Shown piece after piece: positions 14,097 through 27,826 of a stretch of DNA of 64,000 nt (positions are counted from its first letter, which is position 1; the number at the start of each line of letters is the position of its first letter). The notes beneath the pieces are model-generated. The model was not told where the DNA came from, ran no database searches, and saw only the letters and a program-made list of their open reading frames with translations. Source of the DNA: the human T2T-CHM13v2.0 reference genome, Homo sapiens; the NCBI RefSeq assembly GCF_009914755.1, contig NC_060934.1; one strand, 5' to 3'. The position numbers and the translations under genes are program-made.

Positions 14097-16284
14097 TGAT
14101 ATGGTTAGACCTTGTGTCCCCACCCAAATCTTATCTTTAATTGTAAACCCCACATGTCAAGGGAGAGAAGCGACTGGATTTTGTGGGCAGTTTCCCTCAT
14201 GTTGTTCTCATGGTAGCGAGTGAATTCTCACAGATCTCATGGTTTTATAAATGGTACTTTTTCCTGTACTCTCACATAATTCTTTCTCCCGTAACCCTGT
14301 GAAAAGGTGCCTTCCACCAGAAAGAGGTGCTTTCTGAGGCCTCCCCAGGCATGTAGAACTATGAGTCAATTATACCTCTTTTCTTATAAATTATCCAGTC
14401 TCCAACAGTTCTTTATAGCAGTGGGAGAATGGAATAATACAGTAAATTGGTACCCAGGTAGTGAGGCACGACTATAAAGGTATCTGAAAATGTGTAAGTA
14501 ACTTTGGAACTGAGTAATGGGCAGAGATTGGAACAGTTTGGAAGACTCAGAAGAATACAGAAAGATGTGGGAAAGTTTGGAAGTTCCTAGAGACTTGTTG
14601 AATGGTTTCCATCAAAATGCTGATAGTGATATGGACAATGAAGCCCAGTCTGAGGGAGTCTCAGATGGAGATGAGGAACTTATTGGGGACTGGAGCAAAG
14701 GTCACTCTTGCTATGCTTCAGCAAAGAGACTGGAGGCATTTTGCCACTGCCCTAGAGATCTGTGGAACTCTGAATTTGAGAGAGATGATCTGAAATTGGA
14801 ACTCATGTTTAAAAGGGAAGCAGAGTATAAAAGTCTGGAAAATTTGCAGCCTGACCATGTGATAGAAAAGAAAAAACCATTTTCTGGGAAGAAATTCAGG
14901 TCAGCTGCAAGAATTTGCATGAGTAACCAGGAGCCAAATGTTAATTACCAAGACCATGGGAAAAAAATGTCTCCAAGGCATGTTAGAAGTCTTCACAGCA
15001 GCCCCTCCCATCATATGTCCCAAGGCCTTGGAGGGAAAAACGGTTTTGTGGGCCAGATCCAGGGCCTTGCTGCTTTGTGCAGTCTCCAGACTTGGTGCCC
15101 TGCATCCCAGCCATAGAAAAAATGGGCCAACATACAGCTCAGGCCTTTGCTTCAGAGGGTGCAAGCCCCAAACCATGGCAGCTTCTATGTGATACAGGGC
15201 CTGCAGGTACACAGAAGTCAAGAATTGAGGTTTGGGAACCTCCACCTAGATTTCAGATGTATGGAAATGCCTGGATGTAGCAGCCGAAACCTGCTGCAGG
15301 GGTCGAACCCTCATGGAGAACCTCTGCTAGGCCAGTGCAGAAAGAAAATGTGGGGTTGTAGCTCCCATACAGAGTCCCCACTGGGGCACTGCCTAGCGGA
15401 GCTGTGAGAAGAGGGCCACCATCCTCCAGACCCCAGAATAATAGATTACCAACAGCCTGCACAGTGTTCCTGGAAAAGCTGGAGACATTCAATGCTACCC
15501 TATGAAAGCAGTCAGGAGTGGGGCTGAACCCTGAAAAGCCACAGGAGCAGAGCTGCCCAAGACCATGGGAGCCTGTATCTTGCATCAATGTGATCTGGAT
15601 GTGAGACATGGAGTCAAAGGAGATTATTTAGGAGCTTTAAGATTTAATGACTGCCCCACTGGATTTGGACTTGCATGGGTCCTGTAGCCCCTTTGTTTTA
15701 GCCAATTTCTCCCATTTGGAATGGGAGCAATGCCTGTGCCCCCTTTGTATCTTAAAAGTAACTAACTTGCTTTTGATTTTACAGGCTCATAGGCAGAAGG
15801 GACATGTTTTGTCTCAGATGATACTTTGGACTTGGACTTTTGGGTGAATTTTGAAATGAATTAAGAATTTGGAGGACTGTTGGGAAGGCATGATTGGTTT
15901 TGAAATGTGAAAGAAAGAAGATTTGGGAGGGGCCGGGGTGGAATAATATGGTTAGGCTTTGTGTCTCCACCCAAATCTCATCTTGAATTGTAATCCCCAC
16001 ATGTAAAGGGAGAGCAGCAATTGGATGGTGGAAGTGGTTTCCCCATGTTGTTCTCGTGATAGTGAGTGAATTCTCACAAGATCTGATAGTTTTATAAATG
16101 GTAGTTTTTCCTGAACTCTCACACACTTTTCTCTCCTGCTGCTCTGTGAAGAGGTGACTTCTGCCATGATTTTAAGTTTCCTGAGTCCTCCCCAGCCACG
16201 CAAAACTGTGAGTCAATTAAAGCTCTTTTCTTATAAATTATCCAGTCTCAGTTCTTTATAGCAATGTGAGAACAGACTAATACA
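14097..16284 (+). mobile_element. Full-length THE1C/D MaLR element (LTR 14097-14441, internal 14442-15943, LTR 15944-16284)
   Basis: Two LTRs (tgatatggttag...taataca), internal region starting gtaaattggtacc, polypurine tract gggaggggccggggtggaa; ORF 14517-15116 is the MaLR internal ORF remnant. Confidence 0.96.
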
Positions 16285-16299
16285 GGGAGTCAGACATAT

Positions 16300-16900
16300 G
16301 ATTGAGGCAAGAGAGAGGCTTTTCAGGAGTAGTAACATCAAATTGTTTGAAAGTTTGCTGCTTTAGAGGATCTGTCTGTGATTCAGCATAGTTAAAACTA
16401 AGAATTTATGTAGAAGATAGTAGAATATGGGGCTAGAAAAGCAGACTAGTGTCATATTGTGAGGAGACTCATAAGTCTTTCTAAAGAATTTCAGCTTTAG
16501 CCTGTGAGAGTCAAGAAGCCCCTGAAAGATTCTAAATAGGTATACACATATTCATCTTTGTATTTCAGCAAAATCACATTGATGTCATCATGAAGGATGG
16601 GTTGGAAATGGAGCAAGGCTGGAAGCAGGGAAATTTATTGGAAAGCTTTTGTGGGAATTCAGGCAAAAAAACGAAGATATTGGTAACTCCTACAGTGTAC
16701 AAGGGGTAGATAAATTTGGAAAAGGATATTTAAAATGCAAATATGCAATGTGAACCAATTAGATGTGAGAATCACAGGAAAGTTTGTGGTTGTGGACTTT
16801 GATGACTATATCTGACTTATATGACCACAGAGTTAGTAATGTGATTAAGTGAAGAGGGAGGGAGTTCAATGTGGAAAAATTGAGAGACTATCCAGCCAGA
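16300..16900 (-). mobile_element. L2 fragments
   Basis: Antisense L2-like purine-rich text (aagaatttcagctttagcctgtg...aagcccctgaaagattctaaatagg...aaaatcacattg). Confidence 0.6.
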
Positions 16901-17538
16901 ACTCTAGCCTTGACTGTAGGTGTTAATAACACTAAATTGAGATGCCCTTCAGAAATCAGCCTTTTCATCCTAAGTAGCAACAGCATGTGACTGAATGTAA
17001 TACAGAGAAAGGGGAACATGTCTTATTAAGTGAGATGAGGAAATGCCATAGCAGAGAACATCAGAAGGAGGTGAAAAATTAGGACAGTGGGAAAGGAGAA
17101 GAGAAAACTACAACTAACATGTGAGGAAACTTCACTTCACATGAACCTGTCTATGAACAATTAGATCAGGAAAGCTGTTGCCACAATTCTTGGTATGTGC
17201 TCTGTTCTTTTATGGGTGAATGAGTTATTGGTGTTCCTTAAGTGGAATTGCTATTCTGAAGATTCCTGCATTTAAAATTAGCAGAATTTGCAGTGGAATA
17301 AAATAAGTTTGTAGTGGCTTTGTAATGACATGTAAATCAGGTTTTGACACTACTGGAACCCATTTCAGGCAATTCTTTGTCTCATCTCAATTTGAACACA
17401 CTGTCCCAGGATAGAGCTGTGAGGCAGAAGCTTCTAGAATGAGCTATGAGTTGCTTACAAAGGCACCCATGCTAGCCAATGAGCACCATTAACTCTGGAT
17501 ATTATTTGTACCCCAATATGATTCAGTCTCATGGCCAA

Positions 17539-17923
17539 TGATATGGTTTGGATCTGTGTCCCCATCCAAATCTCATGTCAAATTGTAATCCCCAGTGTTG
17601 GAGGAGGGGTCTGGTGGGAGGTGACTGAGTCATGGGGGTAGAGTTCTCATCAATTATTTAGCACCATTCCCCCTTGGTACTGCATAGTGAGTTCTCACAA
17701 GATCTGGTTGTTTAAAAGTATGTGGCAACCCCCTCCCCTTTTCCCCTGCTCCAGCCATGTGACATGGCTGCTTTCTCTTCACCTTCCACCATGATTGTAA
17801 GTTTCCTGAAGTCTCCCCAGAATGAGTAGATGCCAGGAATTGTGAGCCAATTACAACTCTTTTCTTTCTAAATTGCCCAGTCTTAGATATTTCTTTAAGG
17901 CAATGTGAGAACGACCTAATACA
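17539..17923 (+). mobile_element. MSTA MaLR solo LTR
   Basis: tgatatggtttggatctgtgtcccc, ttagcaccattccccc, gatctggttgtttaaaag, ends ctaataca. Confidence 0.92.
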
Positions 17924-20620
17924 TCAGCATTAAAGACCATTACGGAAATCCAGCTGCCTTAGCAGATGTCACAATTTAAGTCTCTCTAAAACCTTGAATC
18001 TTTTTTGGTCTAAGTTATTTGGAGAGAAGCAAGCAAAAAAAATGCCAGAACAAAAAGTTACTGTGGGGAAACAAATCATTCTTCATAGGAGTCTGCAGTT
18101 TTTATGGTGAAAGTGAATGTTAAAAGCAGATCACAATAAATTAAGATGATTGAAAGGAAAATAAATGATAGCCAGAATCCTTGACACTCAGCCACAGTTA
18201 TGAGTCTTCAGTAATCTTGTGACTTTTTGAAACAGCCTGACGGTATAGCAGAAATAGCAAGGAATTCAAACAACTACCAGAGTAGACAACACACAGCAGC
18301 TGACTCACCCATATTTACCTTGTTATTTGGTTGTTAAAACTGAGTGTGTGGAAAAGGGATGTTGCTAATGAACTGTGCAATGACCAAAGGGGAAAAAGAA
18401 AGAAGAAAAAAAAGGACATAAAATATACAAAGACAAGGCTGATTGCACAATTAAATTGAAATATGTATTTATTTATCACCCATCGTAACCCAGAACAAAT
18501 GAAGTGTGAGACTCCTGTGATGGCTAGGTTATAATTTCAGCTCTCAGTTCCCTTTACAAACAGTGAAAAAAACAGGCAGTTGTGAAATTCATAGTACTCT
18601 CATGGACGAAGGCTGTACATTTCATTACATCTATGCCCAAATGGCTATGGTGTGATGATAGGAAAAATATCAGTAATACATTAAAGGTATCTTAATGCAA
18701 ACATGCCAATACAGAGACATCACTAAAGACATCTGGGAAAGCACAGCAATAACCTGGCCTGGGTCATATTAAATTAAGAGCTACATGGGCTGAGTCTAAA
18801 GGAATGCTTTAATTTAAACAGCAACTAGGGTCAAAGTTGTCCACAACCAGTTTCCTAAGCAGGTAGTTCTGACCACAGACTAAAGCACAGCCCATAACTT
18901 ATGGAAAGAACAAAATAACTTTGACTGGACCCTGCACCTGTGTACTCAGATGGTAACCAACAGCATGATTCTCAAGCACACACACCAGTGACACAGTCAT
19001 CACAAATTTCAGCCATTATCAGAGACTCATCCCATATCTGGAGCAGGAAAAAATAATAAGCTAGTCCAAAGTGTCTCTGGTTATTCACTTCTAGCTTTAT
19101 TCCATTGTGGTCAGATGAGATAACTGATATGATTTCTATTTTTAAAAAAATTTTGAGACATGTTTTGTAGGTTAATATGTGGTTTATTCTTGAGAATGTT
19201 TCACTTGCTGAGGAGAAGAATGTGTATTCTGTAGCTGTTGAATGCAATGTTCTATAAATGTCTGTTAGGTCCATTTGGTCTATAGAGAAGATTAAGCCTG
19301 ACATTTGTTGATGATTTTCTGTCTAGATGATCTGTCCAATGCTGGAAATCATTAGTGATTATTATGTGCAACTATATACCAATAAATTGGAAAACCTGGA
19401 AGTAATGGATACATTCATATATACAAAACCTATAAAGATTAAACCATAAAAATCTAGAACTTTAATAAACCAATAACAAGTAATGAGATAGAACCAGTAA
19501 TAAAATGGCTCTCATAAAAAAAAAAAAAAAGGCCGAGGACCTAATGGCTTCCCTACTGAATTCTACCAAACATTTAAAGAAAAACTAAAACCAATCATAC
19601 TCAAACTATTCCAAAAAATTGAGGAGGAGGAAGTACTTTCAAACTCACTTTACGAAGCCTGATACTAACCCTGATACTAAGATCAGACAAAGACACAAAA
19701 CACAAAAGAAAACTACAGGCCAATACCTCTGATGAACATAGATGCAAAAATCCTCAACAAAAGACTAACAAAATTTAACAACACACCAAAAAAAATCATT
19801 CACCATGATCAACTGGAGCTCATCTCATGGATGCAAGGATGGTTCAGTGTATGCAAACCAATCAACGTGATACATCACGTCAATAGAATGAAGTACAAAA
19901 ACCATATGGTCAGTTCGATAGATGCCAAAAAAATTTGATAAAATTCAATATCATTTCATGATAAAAACTCTCAACAAACTGGGGAAGTAGAAACATACCT
20001 CAACATGATTAAAGTCATATATAACAAACCCAGTAGCTGACATCATACTGAATGGAGAGATCTGAAAGCTTTTCCTTTGAGATCTAGAAAAAAATAAGGA
20101 TGCACACCTTTACCACTTTTATTCAACAAAGTACTGGAAATCCTAGCCAGAGAAATTAAATAAGAGAAGGAAATAAAGGGCATCCAAATTGGAAAGGAAG
20201 TAGTCAAATTATCCTTGTTTGCAGATGACATGATCTTATATTTAGAAAATTTAGGGACTCCACCAAAAAAAAGGGCTTTCAGATTTCCCCATTCAGTACG
20301 ATGTCAGCTATTGGATTTGTTATATATGGCTTTTACCATGTTGAGGCTTCTACTCACCCAATTTGTTGAGAGTTTTTATTATAAAATGAAGTTGAATTTT
20401 ACCGAATGTTTTTTGGCATCTATTCAACCATAAATTTAGTAAAGTTGCAGCATAAAAAATCAACAAACAAAAATCAATAGCATTTCTATATGCCAACAAC
20501 AAGCAATCTGAAAATAAACCAAGAGAAAGCCATCCCATTTATAATAGCTACTAATAAAATAAAATAACCAGAAATAAACTTAACTAAGGAAATGAATAAC
20601 CTCTACAATGAAAACTATCA

Positions 20621-21013
<393 letters not shown>

Positions 21014-21084
21014 TCAAAACACTCTATAGATTTGTTCAATCTTTATCAAAATACCAATTCTTCACATAAATAGAAAAAAATAAC

Positions 21085-21392
21085 TGTCAGGCATGATAGC
21101 TCACACCTGTAATCTCAGTATTTTCAGAGGCTGAGATAAGAAGATTATTGAGGCCAAGAGTTCAAGAACAGACTGGGCAAGATAGTGAGACCCCATCTCT
21201 ACAAAAAATTTAGGTACTAGCTGGGTGTAGTGACACACACCTGTAGTCCTAGGTACTCAGGGGACTGAGGCAGGAGAATCACTTGAGCCCAGGAGGTTGA
21301 GGCTAAAGTGAGCTATGATTGTGTTATTTATTGTACTCTAGCCTAAGTAATAGAGCAAAACCCATTTTTTTAAAAAAGAAGGAAAAGAAAAA
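21085..21392 (+). mobile_element. AluJ (Jo/Jr)
   Basis: Diverged dimer with ttgaggccaagagttcaag, ttgagcccaggaggttgaggct, gtgagctatgatt. Confidence 0.9.
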
Positions 21393-22230
21393 ATGATGTT
21401 AACATTTATATAAAAGCACAAATGACCTAGAATAGCCAAAGCAATTGTGAACAAAAAGAATAAAGGTGGAGGCACCACATTACCTGACTTCAAATTATAC
21501 TATAAAGTTATAGTAAACAAAACAGCATGATACTGGCTTAAGTACAGACACATAGGACAATGGAACAGAATAGAGAACTCAGAAATAAATCCACATATTT
21601 ACAGTCAACTCATTTTGACAAAGGTGCCAAGAACATACAGTGGTGAAAGGATAGTCTCTTCAAGTATGATGCTGGGAAAACCTGATATCCATATTTAGAA
21701 AAATGAAAGTAGTCTCCTATCTCTCACCATATACAAGAATCAAATCAAAATTTATTAAGACTGAAATCTAAGACCTCAAACTATGAAACTGTTCCAAGAA
21801 AACTTTGGAAGACACACTCCAGGACATTGGTTTGAGCAGAGACTTTTGAGTAATACCTCAAAAACACAGGCAGCAAAAGCAAAAATGGAAAAATAGGATC
21901 ACATAAAGCTAAACAGATTCTGCACAGCAAAGGGAAGAGTCAACAAAGTCAAGAGACAACCCACAGAATAAGAGAAAATGTTTGCAAACTATCCATCTGA
22001 CAAAAAGGCTTAATAATCAGAATATTTAAAGAGCTCAAACAACTCAATAGAAAAATACCAATTTAAAAATAGTCTAAATAGACATTACTGAAAGGAAGAA
22101 ATACGAATATCCAACAGACATGTAAAAAGATGCTCAACATTACTAATCATCATAGAAATGCAAATAAAAACTACAATAAGATATCAGCTCACCCCAGTTA
22201 AAATGGCTTTTATCCAAAACAGGCAATAAC

Positions 22231-22595
22231 TGATATGGTTTGGCTGTGTCCCCACCCAAATCTCATCTTGAATTGTAGCTTCCATAATTCCCACATTGTG
22301 GGAGGAACCCAGTGGGAGATACTTGAATCATGGGGCAGTTTCCCCTATACTGTTCTCGGGGTAGTGAATAAGTAAGTCTCATGAGATCTGATGGTTTTGT
22401 ACGGGGAAACCCCTTTCAACTGGTTCTCATTTTCTCTCTTGCCTGCTGCCATGTAAGACGTGCCTTTCACCTTCCACCATGATTGTGAGGCCTCCCCAGC
22501 CATGTGGAACTGTGAGTACATTAAGCCTCTTTTTCTTTATAAATTACCCAGTCTCAGGTATGTCTTTATCAGCAGCGTGAAAACTGACTAATATA
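22231..22595 (+). mobile_element. THE1B solo LTR
   Basis: tgatatggtttggctgtgtccccacc...atgtctttatcagcagcgtgaaaac; perfect 5-bp TSD ataac at 22226-22230 and 22596-22600. Confidence 0.95.
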
Positions 22596-25544
22596 ATAAC
22601 AAATGCTGGCAAGGATGTGGAGAATGGGGAACCCTTGTACATGGTTGGTTGGAATATAAATTAGTACAACCTCTATGGATAATAGTTTGAAGGTCCCTCA
22701 AAAAACTAAAAGTAAAACTATGATAAGATCCAGTCATCCCAGTGCTGGTTATATCTACAAAAGAGAGGAAATCAGTATTCCAAAGAGATGTCTGTACTCC
22801 CATGTTTATTGCAAAAGGATTCAAAATAGCTGAGATATGGAATCAACCTAAGTGTCCATCAATGAATGAATCGAGTTTTTATATGTGGTAAGTATACACA
22901 ATAGAATACTATTCAGCCATAAAGAGAATAAAATCCTGTCATTTGCAACAACATGAGTGGAACTCAAGGTTATTACATTAAATGAAGAAAGCCAGGCACA
23001 GAAAGACAAATATTACATGTTCTCACTCATATGTAGGAGCTAAAAGAAAAATTGAACTTATGAAGATTAGAGTAGTATGATGGCTATCAGAATATGGAAA
23101 GGGTCTGGCAAGGCATTAGGTATGGAAGGATAAAGATGGAATGGTTAATGGGTACAAAAATTGCCATAGAAAGAATATGAAATAAGATCTAGTGTTTGTT
23201 CGCACAATAGGGTGACTATAGTTAACAATAATTTATTGTATGTTTCAAAATAGCTGAGTAGAATTGGAATTTCCTTAACACAAAGAAATAATAAATGTTT
23301 GAGGTGATGGATACACCAATTACCTTGAATTGATCATTACACATTGTATACTTATATCAACATATCACATGTACCCATAAATATGTGCAACTCTGATGTA
23401 TCTATAATTAAAAGTAATTTTTTATAAAAATTGAAAGAAAAAATAATGAGCAAATTCAATAATCATACTTTCATCAGTCAAGGCTAATCTTACAATTTTA
23501 GGGAGATTTTCTGCTTTAACTAATGACACTAGTGTCACTAGTAAAGTATGTTTATATTTCTAAACTTTTGTTATTGTTTCATACTTTGTTTATTAATCAT
23601 GAATCAACTTAGGGTTTTTTCCATATTTAATTTGGAATAGAATTTAAAAGAGTTATGGTTCACAACAGAAGTAAAGGCAGTTTCATAACTCAACCTGTTA
23701 ATATCCTTTTGATCCTTAATTTATCAAGTTATTAAAAGTTCTTCTCTGCTATAGACAATATCCAAGGTGTCATCTTAACATTTTTTCAAATCCATGTTTA
23801 ATAATGAGAACAATCTCTCCTTAAATCAAAGTTGTTGAAGGAAATTTAAATTGCCTATGCATAAAATGGAAAGGTAAAGTACATCAGTGGAGAGCAGCTT
23901 GTACTCCTTTTAAATTGTTATTAAGCAAATGCAGTTAGTATTTTTAGCATTCCAGGCAATTTACACACCTGAGCACAATTTATTACCTTTCTTTATGCAT
24001 CTTTAGGAACAAGGTTTCCTACAGCCATCACTGTTTGACCTAATCAATGGATTCATATGTTTCTGCATTGTCCTGTCACTTTAGCTTTGTTTCTACAAAT
24101 GAGTTTCTTTTCATGGGAAGGAGAAAAAAAATCACTTCAGTTTAATCCTAGCAGAGGCACAGTGCTGGGGGTCGCAGAGGTCCTGATTAACAGAAAGCCT
24201 CATTCCTGAAGATCCTGTAGACTGGATCCCACCAGGCTTCCCATATTGGTATTGTTGGTATACCTTTTGGGGGGAAGTGTCTCATCTGCTCTCATTCCAA
24301 TCAGGGCAAGGTTGTTGAAGTGTAGTGCTAACTGAATTCTAGCTTTCAAGCATGCAAGAGGAGAGTCAAAATCACCAGGCTGTGGGACTTTGCTGAGACT
24401 TCAGCCATCAACTCCTCAGCCTCTCTCTCTCACTCTTTCCCTCTCACTCCACTCACCACTAACAGGACCCCCAATAATGTGCAGATAAATATCTATAGCA
24501 ACATTCCTGGGGATGTTGTGATCCTAGGAATATGTGTTCAAGCCTGTACTTGGTCTCAAAAGTTCCATGCTGGACTACATAAAAAAATTGTTTGTTATTG
24601 TCATGATACAAATGAATTTTTATAAACACAGAAAACAAACTTGAACATGGAAAATTGCCCTTCTGTGTATCCTTTTTTACTTCTCCCTTTATCCTGTCAG
24701 CATAGTGTCCACACAAGTCAGAGCCCTAGATTGTAACTCAGCTTCCCTGTTTTCATTCCCCTTCATGAATGTTTCAGTATTTACATTTCTGCTTAATATG
24801 CTAAGATGGATAGCACTGCCTCTTGACAGATACTAATATAGGCTCCCCAGTTGCTGAGATGTTTGCTCTCTCCTCTAATTTCTCTGTAATACCTAAAGTT
24901 CATTTTCACTGCCCATATCCTTCTAGCATGCTCATTTTTCAAATATCTATCTTTCAATATAATATTGTCAAGGTAACAGCATTTACCCAAACGAATGATT
25001 TGATTAGCGCACAGAAGGATGTCTTAATGGCCGCACGTGCTCAGTTAAATTTCCTCCAGCTTTGCAGCTTGTCACCCTGGTCCTCTTGTCTATTCACCGA
25101 CTGAGAAAATGCAGAGAAAAGGGAAATAATTTAGAATTTTTTTTTAAAACTATCAGTTGGCATTACAAGATACCTCAGGGACTTCTTCAAGACTCTTATT
25201 TCTCTGACCACTACTTCAATTTACCACAGCAGGTCAATTCAGATAGAAGGTGACCTACTTGGAACAAGAACATAAGTCCTAGCTCAGATCACAGACAATT
25301 TTCCTAAAATCTAACTCTGTGAACATGAGCAGATATCAACAAAATCTATTAGCAATGAATCTCAAGCTCAATGTAAGTACCTCATTTTTTTTAGACAACT
25401 TATGTAGTCCTGGACCTTGACAGAGATTCACTGAAACACGTAGTTGAAGGAGATATGAGTGGGAGACGCTCTTGGAGTCAAGATTTCAATCGGCACCAAG
25501 TCCTTTATACATGGACAACCACCAGAGGCTGGCTGTAACTGCAG

Positions 25545-25740
25545 CAGGTGTTTACTGAGTGCTTACAAGTTGTGCACACTGTGCTAAGTGCTATGTGGTT
25601 GCTATCTTAATCTCTCAACAACCAGTGGAAGAGGAAACTAAGGCTTAGGGAAACTGAGGATCTTGCCGAAGGTGACATCACAGGGAAATCAAGGAGACTG
25701 GTTTCAAATGCAGTTAACATAACTTTCAGCCATTGTGCAT
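25545..25740 (-). mobile_element. MIR
   Basis: tttactgagtgcttac...cactgtgctaagtgct...gaggaaactaaggcttagg. Confidence 0.8.
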
Positions 25741-27522
25741 AAGTGGAGCCTATGCTGTGGGTATAGGCATTTCCCCACAAAATATATCCGGGGGAAATGT
25801 GTAGACAGAGAAAGAGGAAGAGGGAAACTATTCAAAGATTCAAACAGGGCAAAGCACTCCTTTACTACCACTTTCTTTGATTCTAGAAGGTACTAAGACC
25901 TGACTCTGTTGTTCCCTTACTTAGAGCACTTCAAAAATGCTCCTTATATTGTAAACACATTGCTGTTTTGGGTGCCATGTTAGTGCTTAAAAAATATGAA
26001 TTAACTATTCATCATGGCCCCTAAACACTGGTCAAATAATTTAGTAGCCCTAAAAGCAATGAAAGAAACCATCATTGCTTCCAAACCTCCCAGAAACTGG
26101 GCTGTGGTGGTCTGGGTGAGATGGCATCTTGGTCTTTGCTGTGACACATTTAAGAGTGGTTATCAGGAGAAATTTTAAACTGATCCTCATACTTTGGTTT
26201 TATAAGTTAAAATCACAATGAGATGCAGATATTATCTGTTTCAAGGAACTTTCCCTTCTCTTTCTCATCCCAACCCACAGCTCAGAAGCCACAGGTAATT
26301 CCAGGCTTCTTATTTTTTTTGTTAGCTTTCATAATAAGGAATCTATAAAGATGGAAAGTGTTAAGAAATCCAGAATTTAACACAACTTTTAAATTAAAGT
26401 AAATCAAAATCAATTAAAGATGCCTCTCAGTTATAGGCTATTTTATTTTAGGTGTTTATAATTTTCCTAAACATTCTAATGACTCAACATTATTTTGTAT
26501 CTTGCCAACACGAATGTGCATATTGGCATAAATATAAAAAATGAGTGAATGTAACACAGGAGTTCAATAACAAAGGTAAAGAGAGAGAAAGCATGAAAGT
26601 GTGAGGTCAGGCACAGACATGGACGGAGACAAATGTAGACAGATGAATATCACATGCTTGCTTGATTTTCTTCCCTCTTGTCCTACTTTCCTACCTCCTA
26701 GGGGAGTTTTGTTTTTGCTGATTTGGTTTGTTCTTTTCCTGCACATACTTTATAATTAATCACTTTCCCAAGCATCCTCATCTTGGTGTCTGCTCCTTGA
26801 CCCCTACTCCAAAATAATAATCCTTTTCCAGATATCTTTTACTCCCTATCTCATTCATTGATTTTCCTGACAGTGATTCTTTAATATTCCAAATGAACTA
26901 CTTGCACTGAAGTTCTTGTCTAGGCACACTTACATGTAACCCAACTAAGAAATATGTGACAAACAAACTGAGATAACTGTCTCCAAGCTGGTGTGCCATT
27001 TTCTGTAATTCATCAATATTCATGCTTACGTTCTCCAACGACAATTCCTTTTAATGATTTAGATGGTGGTTCCTGACTCACTGACTCCAAATCTCACAAG
27101 CGTGATGGCAGAACCCCACATTTACTTGGTTAGAATTGGTAAAATCAAGAATATCCTTTTAACTTGATGTTTGGGCTACTTTATGAAATATTTGTTTTCT
27201 TATTTAGATTTCATTCTAGTTTATATGACATCAATTCTTACTTGAAAACATCCACCTGTAACTGAAATGATTGAAGTTTGATGAAAAACATATTGACTGG
27301 CTGAGGAAACTATATGACAATTATATATTGCTATAGAGAAATGAGACAAGTCCAATAGCCACATCTTGAGAACCCACTATGTGCCAATAGCTGAACCCTT
27401 CCTGTGGACACATCTAAGACTCGTTGGCACATACTGGGATTTTGATCATTACACGAGGGCTAACGTATCTTGAGGCAGGAGCAGCTAGCTCTCTCTTCCC
27501 TTTGACAGAGTTGTGTATTTAT

Positions 27523-27560
27523 AGCTGGGTTCATTGGCTCACACCTGTAATCCTACCACT
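27523..27560 (+). mobile_element. Alu 5' stub (38 bp)
   Basis: agctgggttcattggctcacacctgtaatcctaccact matches the first ~38 nt of Alu. Confidence 0.75.
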
Positions 27561-27826
27561 AAGAGTTGTTATTCTTTTCATTATTATTATTATCTTATCA
27601 ATCTGTTTTAAGCATTTATTTTAAAATGGTAAACTGTTTTAATTTATTAACAACCATTATAACAAACTCAGAAATTTTATTTTCTACCTCTCTTCATTTC
27701 ATGTTCAGGTTCCCCAGAGATAGCCATTGTTTACTCAATAAGCTATTTTATCACATAACTATTTAAAATGGAATTTCTCTTCATACCATTTGTCCTTCCA
27801 AGCTTCAAGACAAGAAATGTTGCATT

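Noticed and set aside
14517-15116. Longest ORF in the window (199 aa)
   Set aside because: Lies wholly within the THE1 internal region; it is the known MaLR ORF remnant and shifts out of frame near its end, so it is not a host gene
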